DNA of 64,000 bases from Octopus vulgaris (lineage: Eukaryota). A program made the position numbers and the translations under genes. The first letter of the stretch is position 1; each line of letters begins with the position of its first letter. Below, piece by piece: positions 41,781 through 54,809 of the stretch. The stretch is from assembly GCA_951406725.2 (NCBI GenBank), contig OX597817.1, positions 37,696,001 to 37,760,000 of the forward strand. Reading direction: 5' to 3'. The notes under the pieces were generated by a model, which saw nothing but the letters and a program-made list of their open reading frames with translations, had not been told where the DNA came from and searched no databases.

Positions 41781-44220
41781 ATCCCCCAGTTGTCTACCCT
41801 GGTAATCTCTTCATTCAGTAACCTCATATTGTAACATTTCCAAACCTTTTCAGTGTCAGAGGGGAGTTTCCAGTGATGAGTGAATTGTTTGAAAATTAGT
41901 TTTCTGTATCTGAAAGAAAATTTGCATAGACATTTGATTATGGTTGAGGGTTCTCACATATAGCAAGTTGTTCCCAGACAGCCACCCTATTTTAACTCTA
42001 TATATGTCAACAAAGTTTTTTTTTTATAGTTTTTGTGTCTGTAGAGTGATTTTCTTTTTAAAAGCTGTATATCCTTCAGATCACAAACCACTTGAACTGG
42101 ATGCATTTTATTATTCCACAAGGACTAGAGATGCACTCTAGAATGGACCAAAGTGTCCACTCTACAGTGCTCCCTTAACTTATAGTCCATGTCACTCCAA
42201 CTATAATTAATTGCATGACAAACTCAAATAGCCTCACTTGAGAGAATGCTTGCTTCTTATATAAGCCTGATTTTTCTCTTTTTTCAGAAAAGGAAATGAA
42301 AAGTTGTACTGTCAATGCCTTTCCCAGGACTATATGTAGCACAAATGGAGTGACATGTAATCGTTTATAGGACAGAAAGAAAAACAGACTCAAGAAATTA
42401 ACTTTACAGTGGTTGACAATGTATCATCTCTTTGTGATTTCTACCTTTATTAACATATCTAATGTAGTGAATGCTGCACACACGAAAATTCTCCATTAAT
42501 TGAAGTTGCCCTCTTATTTGGAGAAAGAAAAACTTAGCAGCAGTCCTCCGTAGGTCTCAAAGAGAAGGGGAGATAATCGCAAGACATTTTTAATTAGTTT
42601 CTCAAATTAATTAATATGCTTATGACAGTATTATCTTTGCAAGCAAGTGACAAAGAAGGACATGTTTTGGTTTGTTAGAGCGAATCAGCATAGTGTATTC
42701 TGTACACAAGAATGTACAGTACATATGTAAGAGTTGAAGGGTAGATGAGTACAGAGAACATATTGACCAATGACATAAGGGAGATAACTATACAATTTAT
42801 ATTCATTTAGAAATTAGAATGATGACAAAATTCACAAAGGGGAAAAGATAACTATCATTCGAAACTAGTTTTAAAACAAGGAGTTTGACAATATTATATT
42901 ATACAGTTCGCCTAATTTGGATCTATACAGAATAGCACTATTCAAATACAATGTATTATATATGTAATAATCAATTCATATACTAAAAAAAATTAATTCC
43001 TATATCAATTTCTCGTGCTTAAATTGTAATGCGGTTTGTGTGTGTATATTAAATTTTCTAACGCTTCGAATACCATTGAAAAGAACATTAAAGTTACAAC
43101 CATTGCAATCTTTCTTACATAAAAATACGGAGTGTATGGAGTTAGAAATTTTTTAAAAAGTGGGGTTAATTTCCCTGGAGACAATTTTAATAAGGGAGAG
43201 GAAATATTTTATGAAATAGTTCAAAGTTGATGTAGAGGAGAAGGTTTAATGTTTCAAGCAAATCTATTTGTCAGAGCGATGTTTTCTGGTGATAATAAAT
43301 ATATAGTTTAAAGTGGTAAGAAACCCTCAAAAGAGCTGAACAGCAAGTCTTCAGAGAAGAAACCCGTCTCAGGCATGTATTTCGGCCCTTAACATCAAGG
43401 TGCTGCATCCAGGTCATGATTCCTGGGTGCCCTTCTGATGACCACTTTTCAGGATGTCGGAAACGTATGCATTTAAACTGCTTGGAGATATCATCTGGTT
43501 GTAACTCCAGCCCGTTGACGGTAAATTTCCCCACTTCTATATCATTTTTATACTCACTAATTGCCAAGGAAATGATAGAGGCGTGTGAGTGAAAAACCGA
43601 AGTGAACTAGGAACAACCCTCAGCGAAAATAGTATAACAAATAGTTGATGCATGGTTAGAGAATTTACAACATATTGTTTGTGGTGACTGCATGAATGTT
43701 GAAGAGGGGAAAACGTGCGAGCCGAAAGAATCAGGGCATTCCCTAATTGCATCGACGCTGCTCGACACTGTTGGAGAAGCGATGATGTTCGTAGGTTAGC
43801 GATCGTTGTCATATAATTCAGCAGTTGATGATGGAACTACTGAATTCCACATAGTGCAAGCTGCTTGTAAATATAAATACTGATCATCCACTAGCTTTCA
43901 CAGATCCCGCGGTTTACTCAAATAAAGCATCAAACAGTGATTTTGTAAAACAAAAATAGTTATATCTTTATGCTAAGAGTATAATAGTTCAATAAATAAT
44001 TTAAACAAAAGAAATGTTTAATTATAAATTAGTAATATACATCGTGAATAATAATGGAATGTAAGCATAATATGTTATAGTTTATATACATATATGCAAA
44101 AATTAACATAGATAATTTCATTCGGCTGCCACAATATTATCATCCTAGCTTATTCGAGCAGGAAATATAAATATTCCAAACAAAATCTGGCGAGAAATAA
44201 ATATTTATAAACTGAAACTT

Positions 44221-44260
44221 ACGCGAAGAGTTTGGGTAACGATTACGCATGCGCAATAAC
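44221..44260 (-). promoter_or_regulatory. Candidate FAM50 promoter/first exon: NRF1-like site and splice donor
   Basis: ACGCATGCGCA at 44245-44255 and minus-strand donor GTAAGT starting at 44222. CpG density rises from about here onward. Confidence 0.4.
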
Positions 44261-45275
44261 GGTGTAAACAAAAACAAAATTCCTATACATTAATCAGGTT
44301 TTGTGGCAATCTTGTACAAAACCGTACATTGTTGGCGTGGTTGGTGTTGATTTTATTGATTATACTCTGCTGTAATGGGTATACTTGACTGGTGCATTAT
44401 TTTATCGATCTCGGTCGATAACATAAAGTACCACTCAAGTACTGATAGGTTTATACGAAGTAATACGTTTTCTAGTATTGAATTATAATGGATCACAAGA
44501 GAGAAACTCGGAATGATGAAAGACAAATTGATTTCGGGATGGTTGTATAGTAATTTTAATGTGCCTAGAAAGTCAACAAGGAGCCCTTGCGTGATCACTC
44601 GACCTGTTAGCAGCCAAATACACTATCTTCTAAAAGGAAAAGGCAGATAATGTAGTCCTAGATAGCCTCTAAATAGATGAATGTTTGCGATTAGAATTCC
44701 TTGCTATATAGCTAAATGTGAACCAATTCATATGGACTGCGATTATAATTTGTAGGCTCTGGACAATTCATTATCTGATATTTATCCTGTTATAGGTATT
44801 ATTAAGTTAATAGTCAAAGTTACAAGTTCCCAAAATTGCCGATTGAAGAGTAATGGTTACAAGTGTTATTTCATTTCATTGAAAGTTCTGAAACTTCACT
44901 TAGCAATTGCGTAGAGGTTCCCTTGACTCTCTATTTAATCTCGTTTGTAACTTAATGAATCGATGTATGTTGAGATGTTGTAAGAAGAAACAGAAACTGT
45001 TTTGAGGCGAATTATTTGTCGTAAAAAACAGACTTTTCTTTTTCTCTGTCTAACATAGAGCTCACAATAATGTTTATCTCTCATCTGAACACACCAATGT
45101 TTCTCGTTTCTTTGTTGTTGCTTAACCCCAACTCAGCTGGTTGAGTTGATCTATGGATCAAAAACACCGAAACCTAATTTTTAATAGGGCGGCAAGCAAG
45201 CAGAACCATTAGCGCGCCGGACACATTGTTTAGCGAAGTTTCGTCTGGCTCTTTACTTTCTGAATTCAAAATACA

Positions 45276-45493
45276 TATTTCTTTACTACCCACAAGGGGC
45301 TAAACACAGAGGGGACAAACGGATTAAGTCGATTACATCGACCTCAGTGCGTAACTGGTATTTAATTTATTGACCTCGAAAGGATGAAAGGCAAAGTCGA
45401 CTTCGGCGGAATTTGAACTCAGAACGTAACGGCAGACGAAATACGGCTACGCATTTTGCCCGGCGTGCTAACGTTTCTGCCAGCTCGCCGCCT
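45276..45493 (-). mobile_element. SINE family A monomer nested in an older SINE
   Basis: Reverse complement of the family core; flanked by TTTCTGAATTCAAA on both sides. Confidence 0.85.
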
Positions 45494-45803
45494 TTTCTGA
45501 ATTCAAATACCGCTGAGATCAACTTTGTCTTCCATCCTCTTGAGGTCAAAAGAATAAAGTACAGAGGGTTGATGTAATCGATTTGCAACCACACCACCTC
45601 AAAATTACTTTGTGCCAATCCAAGTCAAGTAATCGGAGTTTATCCCGTTTTCGGCGACTTTAAAGAGATTGAGAATACAAGACCCCCACATCTTCCCTGA
45701 ACACGATAGATAATGTACCTTGTGCTCAAAACTTTGAACTGAAATTTCATTGTCTTACTGAAGAAAGTAATTAACTGCTGGGAACAGGAACCACCTCACA
45801 GGT

Positions 45804-46616
45804 GGATCTAGTTGGTTTGGCTGCCAGCATTTCAATAATTAAAGTTTATCGAAAATTTTAAAATTTGGCACAACAATATACTTTTTCAAGCTGAATTGCT
45901 GGAGTTATTATTATTATTATTTTTTTTTTTTTTCAGAAAAAATGTTCTTAAAAAAGTTTGATAATTTTCTCCAAGTCGGGAAACAGGATTCCAAATCCTG
46001 TTTCCCGACTTGGAGAAAATTATCAAGCTGTCATTTTGTGCAAGTGTTCTCAACAGTCTGAAAATAGCGTGTGTTTTTATATGAAACTGTAAACAAATCA
46101 AATTCTGCTTAACGTACGACATATAACCCCTCAAAACCTTTTTAAAATTTGGAATTTTCAGAAAATTTTTGCGGAATGGTACTCTACACACGGGAATTCA
46201 TACGATTATGCAAAAAAAATTTTTTAGATGTGGGGCGTGATTTAAGACCTATTTAACTAAGAACTATTTAACTATTTCTAGCACATCTCACGGCCAGGAT
46301 ACAAGCAACAGAATACAGCGTCAATGCAAGTGACATCGCGTAGAATATATTTGTCAACACACGCGCTTTCTCGCTGACAAAAGAGTTCTCGTTTGACTTG
46401 TTACTATGGAAACAGACATGAATGTGTCTATAGCTTACGACTGGCTGAAATTACTCAAAATTTTCAAACTTTAATTGCTACTAACTCTTTATTAATTGAT
46501 TTACATCGAAAATGATTGTCACGTCGTTCATTAGCTTTTAAAAAAGGTATCATTTACACTGAATATGAAATCAGTTTGAGCAGAAAATGATGCTGGCAGC
46601 CAAACCAACTGGATCC
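45804..46616. mobile_element. Non-autonomous DNA transposon (Merlin- or Mutator-like)
   Basis: ~27-bp TIR GGATC(T/C)AGTTGGTTTGGCTGCCAGCAT; 9-bp TSD CTCACAGGT/CTCGCAGGT (1 mismatch). Confidence 0.75.
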
Positions 46617-47155
46617 CTCGCAGGTTATTCCCAGTTCATTATTCGGGACAGAGTTTTTAGACGCAGCAAATGATTTGAGCTCAAATGCTGGCATTTCATT
46701 GGTTAAAATTCGAAGAATTAAACTACGTTAAACTTACAAATTACAATGTTGTTTTCAGTTTTGTTTACAATAATGTTTTCTTTTGCCACATTCTACCAGT
46801 ATACAAAGTTTCAAATTGTTTAGTTAACTAGAAAATTCCGTCCATCAAAAGGAAAATATCCCTATTTTTCTATGAATTAAAGAGGAGACTTCTGCACGGC
46901 CCTTCGACCTGCTAGAAATAGAAGCAAAATTGCCCTAAAAATCGCACCCTACCGTCTTAAAAAGGATACATTGGATATTGTAGTGCCAGATTTGTAAACG
47001 AAATGGTCACAACTGAAGCACTTTCCATAATTGATCCGCTTAATCTATTTCGATTTACTCTATCCTACGAATCTTTTTTTCTGTCTACTTGCCTATATTA
47101 CATATACACACACATATATACACGGAGAATAACATTACCACTGCTAAATACATCA

Positions 47156-47220
<65 letters not shown>

Positions 47221-47248
47221 CTGATAACGGCAATAGAGACTTCTAGTT

Positions 47249-47727
47249 AAGTAATGTTTATCGCCACTTACACGTGGCTGTTCCGTAAGAATCGACGTTA
47301 GTGCTTTTTTTAACCGCAGAAGGACGCCTGTTCCCGTTGGTTATTCGATGCAATCAGCACACGATATACATTGCAAACAGGGGAGTGAACCGCTACCATC
47401 TTCTAGCCACAAGACCACCAGACCGTACGGTTTATACCTCTGTGTATGTCACTTGGTTTTCTATATATTGCGAGCTGGAGTGAACTATGCTATCTCTAGC
47501 GGACGAGTATCTACCACCGAGGATGACCACAAAGACGTCGAAACCGCATGGTCTGGTGATCTCGCAGTTAGAAGAATGTAGGGGTTCACTCCCCTGCTTG
47601 CAATATGTCTATTAGATTCAGATTGCATCGAATAACCACCTGGAGGAGACATCCTCCTGAGGTTAAAAATAACAGTAACATCGGTTCCTACGAAACAGCC
47701 ATGTTTAAGTGGCAATAAAAATTACTT
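47249..47727. ncRNA. Rod-like imperfect inverted repeat carrying a hammerhead-like fold
   Basis: ~230-nt arms align with very few indels. Hammerhead-like fold at 47496-47571 on the plus strand. Confidence 0.5.
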
Positions 47728-47974
47728 CTCAGTATAGTTAGTGCGCTCATCACTTACAGAAATTTTCTAAGTAGCTAATTTATACGTCGCAAAACTTTTA
47801 GTTGCTTTATGAAACGTCTCCCTTCTCAAGTTATTCAAGGTCTTATATTGCTTTCTTCACTCTCGAAACTCATCAAGCACAAGAAATTGTTTGATCATTA
47901 TCAACAGCATTCGAAATAACTTTCCTTCTGAAATTGTCATGCTCTGTGATTTCAACAAGACATCTTGACTGTAT

Positions 47975-48005
<31 letters not shown>

Positions 48006-50353
48006 TCTATCATTAGGGTGGTGAGCTGGCAGAATAATTTGCATGCCAGGCAAAATTCTTAGCGGAATTTCTTACATTCTGAGTTCAAATTCCGCCGTGG
48101 TTGACATTGTCTTTCGGGGTCGATAAAATAAGTACTAGTCAAGCACTGGGGTCGATGTATTCGACTAATCCCCCTCACCAAATTTCAGGCCCTGTGCTTA
48201 TAATAGAAAATATTGTTGTTGTCGTTATTATTATTATTATTGTTGTTGTTGTTGTCATTATTATTATTGTTGTTGTTGTCGTTATTATTATTATTATTAT
48301 TATTATTATTCCAACTGATGAAGGTTCTGAAAGTTTTACCAACCAAAATTAAGTAAATTAGGAGTATCACTATAATTAGTAAGCGAGAGATGACCGACAT
48401 AGTCATTGTTGAGACTGAAAATAAAACTGAAGTTAAGTGACCGAGAAGCTAATGTTTCTTGTTTCTTCTCCAACAAAGAGCCCCACCCCAAAATTAGTTT
48501 CTACTGCATCTCACACCATAAAAATACACAACTCTTTCTATATTTCTATGTATTGATATATTTCCAGTCCTTCTTTCCCTTGTGTTGTTCAATTCTCCGA
48601 TACGTAGCGTACACACGATCTCATTTTAACCTCGACGCTCTCTTAATACATGTATTACAACGCCTATAAATATGAGGCATAACAATCAATGTCACGCTGT
48701 CAACTTACATCAGAATACCGCACAACAGCAATAACTTTGCGTCTCCTTCGGTTTGTTGTACTGGCTGCGAGTTGTCTCATACGAATGTTGTTGAAACAAT
48801 ATTTTATTTTATTGAAGGAAATTACAATATTTACATAATTACATAACAGTTCGCTAGAGCCAAATGTAGTTGCGATTAAATTACTAACAAAAGATATCAG
48901 CTTCGTGTGAAAGGCAAGAATAATGCTTGACCATGCAGGTTGAAGAATTCCGTTTAACTCGGAGCTGAACTACAGCCAAGGAAAACTTGATGAAGTAACG
49001 GGCTTGTTGTTTGTGTTTCCAACGTGCGCCTCTATCTGATTTGTTTGCGTACAGGGTGCTTATATAACTAAAAAAAACAGCACAGGAACTCCTGGAACTC
49101 CAAAGAACATTCCTTAATACGGAGTGATATTCCAGTGACTTAATAATGGCCTGGAAAGGAAGACAGAGAGATAGGTGGAAAGATGGGATAAGTGCATAGT
49201 GTGGAGATGGTATGAGAATGTGTAGCTCTGAAGAGTTGAGGTTGTGGTTGAAGAGAAATAAAAAGAAAAATACGTGAACATCGATTCTTTGAGCTAGAGA
49301 TTAGTTTGTACTGATGAGTGAACCACTACAAACCAGTCAAATGGCTTTACTTTGGATAAGATGGAGAACGCTTGCTTTTTTCTGTGTAGCAACAGCAGCG
49401 TCTTAAATGTGCGAGCAGTATTCTGTTGTAGACATCATTTCAGTTTTATAGAGTCAATAGATGTCCGAGGTTGAAGTATTTTCTGATTGTAAAGAAGAAA
49501 ACTAGTCTTTTTGATGCAGTTTTTGCTTTATTCATGAATGCGAGACTAATACTAATAGTACTATTGAGGACTTTACTTTTTGTTGGTTGAGGATTCCTTG
49601 AGTTCAGATTTTGTTGTTTACGAATAAGGATTTAGGATTCTTTTGTTGAATGCGTCAAACTAGTGGCACATTTGTTTCACGTTTAATGAAAGAATCGGTG
49701 TAAATCACTTGAATACAAATGATATATTGAAATTTAGTTTGTACAAAGTATTCAGCACCCTAGGCCAATCCTGCAACGAGAGGCTCCTTCCCCAGTCTTT
49801 TCTACATCATCTACCCATCACCTTACATCCACTGGAAAATGCACTTGTCAAACTATATGTAATTAGCTTGGCGAGCAAGCAATGTATAGTTCTATGATAT
49901 TGTACACAACAGGGTAAATTTGTTCCTGGGCAAACTTTGGAAATATTCTACGGCAAATCATTGTGACAGGTCATAACAGCCCCATGAGCCTTTCGATTCC
50001 ATTCCCATCCAACTATGCTCATTCTGGAGTGATTTAATCTGCTCTCTTTATTACTAATTTTTCCTGTTTTTAATTGGATGAAGAAATTCTGTCTAGATTA
50101 TATCTGGTGCTTTTCCTCCTTCCCATCCACAACTCGATTTTAGTACTTCAGGTGACCTCCGAGTTAACCTTGTACGGGATGCCAGCTCAGAGCTTGTATC
50201 ATGTACCTGGTTGATGAAATATACAGACGGCACTCACAGATGTCAGGCACGCATAGTTCGACTAACCATGTGGTAAGCGTTCGTTCAAGGTCTACTTCTA
50301 CTGGGAGCTTGTAGAATGTTTCATGCCGAGAGACTTTCAATAAACTGTACGAT

Positions 50354-50688
50354 TTGAGACCCCCTTCGGTCACGACACAGACCATGGGATTACACCTAGA
50401 AAGTTCCCCTTCCAGGCACAAGAGCGGGCAAGGTTGTTTATGGAAGACCAGCAGTCGCCCATGCATACCGGCCTCCCCTCTCCACCAGTGTTATCCAAGG
50501 GAAAGGCAAGGGCCGATACAACTTGGCACCTGTGACGTCGCAACTCATTTCTACAGCTGAGTGAACTGAAGCAACGTGAAATAAAGTGTCTTGCTCAAGA
50601 ACACAACACGCAGCCCGGTCCGGGATTCGAGCTCACAACCTCACGCTCGACGTTCGACGTTCTAACCACTGAGCCATGCGCCTTCACA
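50354..50688 (-). mobile_element. tRNA-derived SINE (shares a central domain with family C variants)
   Basis: tRNA-like head at the right end. GCAACGTGAAATAAAGTGTCTTGCTCAAG domain also at ~34890 and ~52670. Confidence 0.7.
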
Positions 50689-50873
50689 GCTGTACAATAT
50701 GTACAATAATACGACGTACATGATACTCGTGGTATGAGTATATTACTAACAGATACTTACTATATACACACCTCTCACTTTCTGGTACTTAGTGCGTATT
50801 ATATGGCAGCAATAAATCATTAAATAACTACTTAACAGCTTTAAGTTATAACAATTAGATTACATAATTCATG

Positions 50874-51259
50874 TGGAAGCACTCCGTCGGTTACGACGAC
50901 GAGGGTTCCGGTTGATCCGAATCAATGGAACAGCCTGCTCGTGAAATTAACGTGTAAGTGGCTGAGCACTCCACAGACACGTGCACCCTTAACGTAGTTC
51001 TCGGGGATATTCAGCGTGACACAGAGAGTGACAAGGCCGGCCCTTTGAAATACAGGTACAACAGAAACAGGAAGTAAGAGTGTGAGAAAGTTGTGGTGAA
51101 AGAGTACAGCAGGGATCACCACCATCCCCTGCCGGAGCCTCGTGGAGCTTTAGGTGTTTTCGCTCAATAAACACTCACAACGCCCGGTCTGGGAATCGAA
51201 ACCGCGATCCTACGACCGCGAGTCCGCTGCCCTAACCACTGGGCCATTGCGCCTCCACA
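50874..51259 (-). mobile_element. SINE family C
   Basis: Near-identical to 31508-31891; TSD ACATAATTCATG. Confidence 0.9.
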
Positions 51260-51370
51260 ACATAATTCATGATAGTGTCATGATTTACATGTTACTACAG
51301 TAATCGGCCTACCTTCGCTGTATATTGGTTGCTATTTGTTACTTTTTATGATTATGCTATTTATTTTAAA

Positions 51371-51769
51371 CTAGCAGTATCGCCCGGCGTTGCTCGGGTT
51401 TGTAAGGGAAATAACTATATAAGCATTTTTAGAGAGTTATAGCCAAAAAATAGCAAAAAAATGCATTAGAAATGGAAAAAAAATTATGGTAAATTTTTTT
51501 TTAAATCGTTGACTCATCGTAGACATTTTTAGAGAGTTACTTCCCTTATATAATAGCGAAAAAATGCATTAAAATGGAAAAAAAATTATGGTAAATTTTT
51601 TTTTAAATCGTAGACTCATCGTAGACGCGCGCTAATACCCAGAAGGGCTCGATATGAATCACGACTATAAAATACCCGGTTTTGGTTAAACTGCACCGCA
51701 AAATGTGGGAGTAGTTAGGAATCTAAATCGTAGGAGACAGACACACAACCTTACTTTTATATATAAAGA
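51371..51769 (-). mobile_element. Non-autonomous Helitron
   Basis: Reverse complement of 15864-16258 with TC/CTAG ends. Confidence 0.85.
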
Positions 51770-52089
51770 TTATGATACATACAATTTAGAATAGCTTACT
51801 TTTCAGAACCGAAAACGAAATTACAATATGTTTAAATATAATTATCATATAAAGACTATAACCAATCACGTAAATAAGAAAAACATAAATACAATCGTTA
51901 GAAATGATAGGACAATTCAATAAGTATGAGAAATTTAAAACTAGAGCTTTTTTCGAAGCGAACACGTATACCAACCTTTAAGATTCAGAGAGGCGCCGAG
52001 CATACGGCGACCCATTAAGACATTTCCTAATATCCTGGCGAGCTTCTAAGCCACTGCTTTTAGTGGAATCCTATAATACAAAGTATTCA

Positions 52090-52840
52090 AGTGTGATGTA
52101 TCTCGCAATCGATCTTTTAATGCAGGTAGAACGACGGAGCACAAATTCTGTGGATGGTTCATTAGTTTGTAGTGTTTGGTCAGGTTACTCTGTGAGTGCA
52201 TCATAAGGATTCAGAGTGGGTATGTCAGAGCGATTTTGAGAAATATTCGTACTTTCAATTGAAGCATTCTTGTCAGCCTAGCTTCAACCTAATCTGAGGT
52301 ATCTCCTGAGGGGGGGGGGCTAATTCTTTAATTGTTGCAGTATCTTCTTGACCACCAGGAAAACGAATATAGACATTTTGGAAATTTGTTTTCAGAAGTC
52401 TATTTTTTAATACTAAAGGGTCGTCCTTTTTATGGATATATCTCCTAAATCTTAAAAAGACTCCGCCGGTTACGACGACGAGGGTCCCAGCTGATACGAT
52501 CAACGGAACAGCTTGCTCGTGAAATTAACGTGCAAATGGCTGAGCATTCCACAGACACGTGTACCCTTAACGTAGTTCTCGGGGATAATCAGCGTGACAC
52601 AGAGAGTGACAAGGCTGACCCTTTGAAATACAAGTACAACTCATTTTTGCCAGCTGAGTGGACTGGAGCAACGTGAAATAAAGTGTCTTGCTCAAGGACA
52701 CAACGCGTCGCCGGGAATCGAACTCACAACCTTACGATCATGAGCCGAATGCCCTAACCACTAAGCCACGCGCCCTCACTATCTCCTAAATAGAACCTTC
52801 GAGACACCAGACTGAGTATTGAACCCACAGCTGGATCACA
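52090..52840 (-). mobile_element. Gypsy-type integrase C-terminal remnant, interrupted by a SINE
   Basis: VLFRRYIHKKDDPLV...NVYIRFPGGQEDTATIKELAP and the later VLRRSTCIKRSIARY resemble Gypsy pol C-termini. Confidence 0.55.
52452..52779 (-). mobile_element. SINE family C variant
   Basis: Family C 3' half with a different head; TSD TATCTCCTAAAT. Plus-strand copy at 57920-58200. Confidence 0.85.
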
Positions 52841-53261
52841 ACAGTTCTGGACAGGAACCTGCAGAAGAAAGTGATTCACATTTTATACAAGAACTAGGCT
52901 GATTGTCGATATCGACGACCAGCCTACAATCACACCAACACATATGTGCACGCGTGCACACACACTTATGCATGTATACATTTATGTATGTATGTATGTA
53001 TGTATGTATGTATGTATGTATGTATGTATGTATGTATGTATGCATTCATGCATGCATTCTTCTCCAGCTCTTATTGATTAAGAGTAAATTTTGACCTGCC
53101 ACCAACTTGGTAGCAAGGTGGCAATGGAAACTATCTTGCTTTAATCATCACCCTTTAAATCTTAAGAAGATCTTGCAGATTTTTATTGTTGTTGGCATCC
53201 TTTTGTCTCGAGAGACAATGGAGTTGCGCATAAACTAATCTAGTCTGGTTTTTACATTTTA

Positions 53262-53647
53262 CCAGCAGTATCGCCCGGCGTTGCTCGGGTTTGTAAGGGA
53301 AATAACTATATAAGCATTTTTAGAGAGTTATAGCAAAAAATGCATTGAAAATGGAAAAAAAATTATGGTAAATTTTTTTTTAAATCGTTGACTCATCGTA
53401 GACATTTTTAGAGAGTTACTTCCCTTATATAATAGCGAAAAAAATGCATTAAAATGGGAAAAAATGATGGTAAATTTTTTTTTAATCGTAGACTCATCGT
53501 AGACGCGCGCTAATACCCAGAAGGGCTCAATATGAATCACGACTATAAGATACCCGGTTTTGGTTAAACTGCACCGCAAAATGTGGGAGTAGTTAGGAAT
53601 CTAAATCGTAGGAGACAGACACACAACTTGACTTTTATATATAAAGA
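53262..53647 (-). mobile_element. Non-autonomous Helitron
   Basis: Same family as 51371-51769 (CTGG end variant). Confidence 0.85.
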
Positions 53648-54144
53648 TGTCCTCTCCAGTTTTGCACAGGCCTGGGCTAGATGTAAGAAAATTCTGGGTA
53701 GCCCAATCGTCAGGATTCCTCTCTCGACCTTGCTGACGTAGTCCAAAGGAGTGCAGAGCATTACGTTTGGCACCAGCTTGGTTGCAGGAGCTGCCGGAAG
53801 AGTGTTGAGTCGAACACTAAACCGCCTACGGGGCTCCACTCCGGATTTCTTTGAAGGTTGTTTCCTTTCCGTAACCCTGGAAAGGGGCCCATACCGGGTA
53901 CTGTCAGCCGGAGCCAGCTGAGCCTGGGACTCGTGTCAGGCAGGGTCGTCATTCCCTGAAGTAAAGAAAATCGCTTCCCACTACCTACAGATTTCTATAG
54001 TCCCTGACAACGTGATCGTGATCATTTGTAGCATACGAATGAAGGATTTGCATTCTTTTCCCAAGATCCCAATTTCAGACATACTTTACTCCAGACGTGT
54101 TGATAAGCATTCTGTCGCTCCAGTAATATGTTTGTATGTATGTA

Positions 54145-54540
54145 GGAGTGGCTGTGTGGTAAGTAGCATGCTTACGAACCACATGGTTCCGGGTTCAGTC
54201 CCACAGCGTGGCACCTTGGGCAAGTGTCTTGTACTATAGCCTCGGATCGACCAAAGACTTGTGAGTGGATTTGGTAGACGGAAACTGAAAGAAGCCCGTC
54301 GTATATATGTATATATGTATGTGTGTGTGTGTTTGTCCCCCCAACATCGCTTGACAACCGATGGTGGTATGTTTACGTCCACGTAATTTAACGGTTCGGC
54401 AAAATGTCCCGACAGAATAAGTACTAGGCTTACAAAGAATAAGTCTTGGGGTCGATTTGCTCGATCGACTAAAATCGGTGCTCCAGCATGGCCACTGTCA
54501 AATGACTGAAACAAGTAAAAGAGTAAAAGAGAGTAAAGAG
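54145..54540 (+). mobile_element. SINE family B, full length
   Basis: Head, internal microsatellite and AAAGAGT tail present. Confidence 0.85.
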
Positions 54541-54735
54541 TATGTATTTATGCATGCATGTATATAATGCGGTTATAACGCAATTTGGGAACAGGAGTGG
54601 AATGTTAATCTGGAAATTCAATCGGAATATCTGGTAGAGTATATTGCATCAAGGCATACAACTGAATACGTACGCCTGTATGTATGTATGTATGTATGTA
54701 TGTATGTATGTATGTATGTATGCATGTATGTATGT

Positions 54736-54809
<74 letters not shown>

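Noticed and set aside
43600-43620. TGT-TCC-TAG resembling an antizyme +1 frameshift site
   Set aside because: The stop is TAG and in frame with the downstream ORF, and there is no antizyme similarity.
49000-50100. Possible old LINE coding remnant on the minus strand
   Set aside because: Too degraded to assign by eye.
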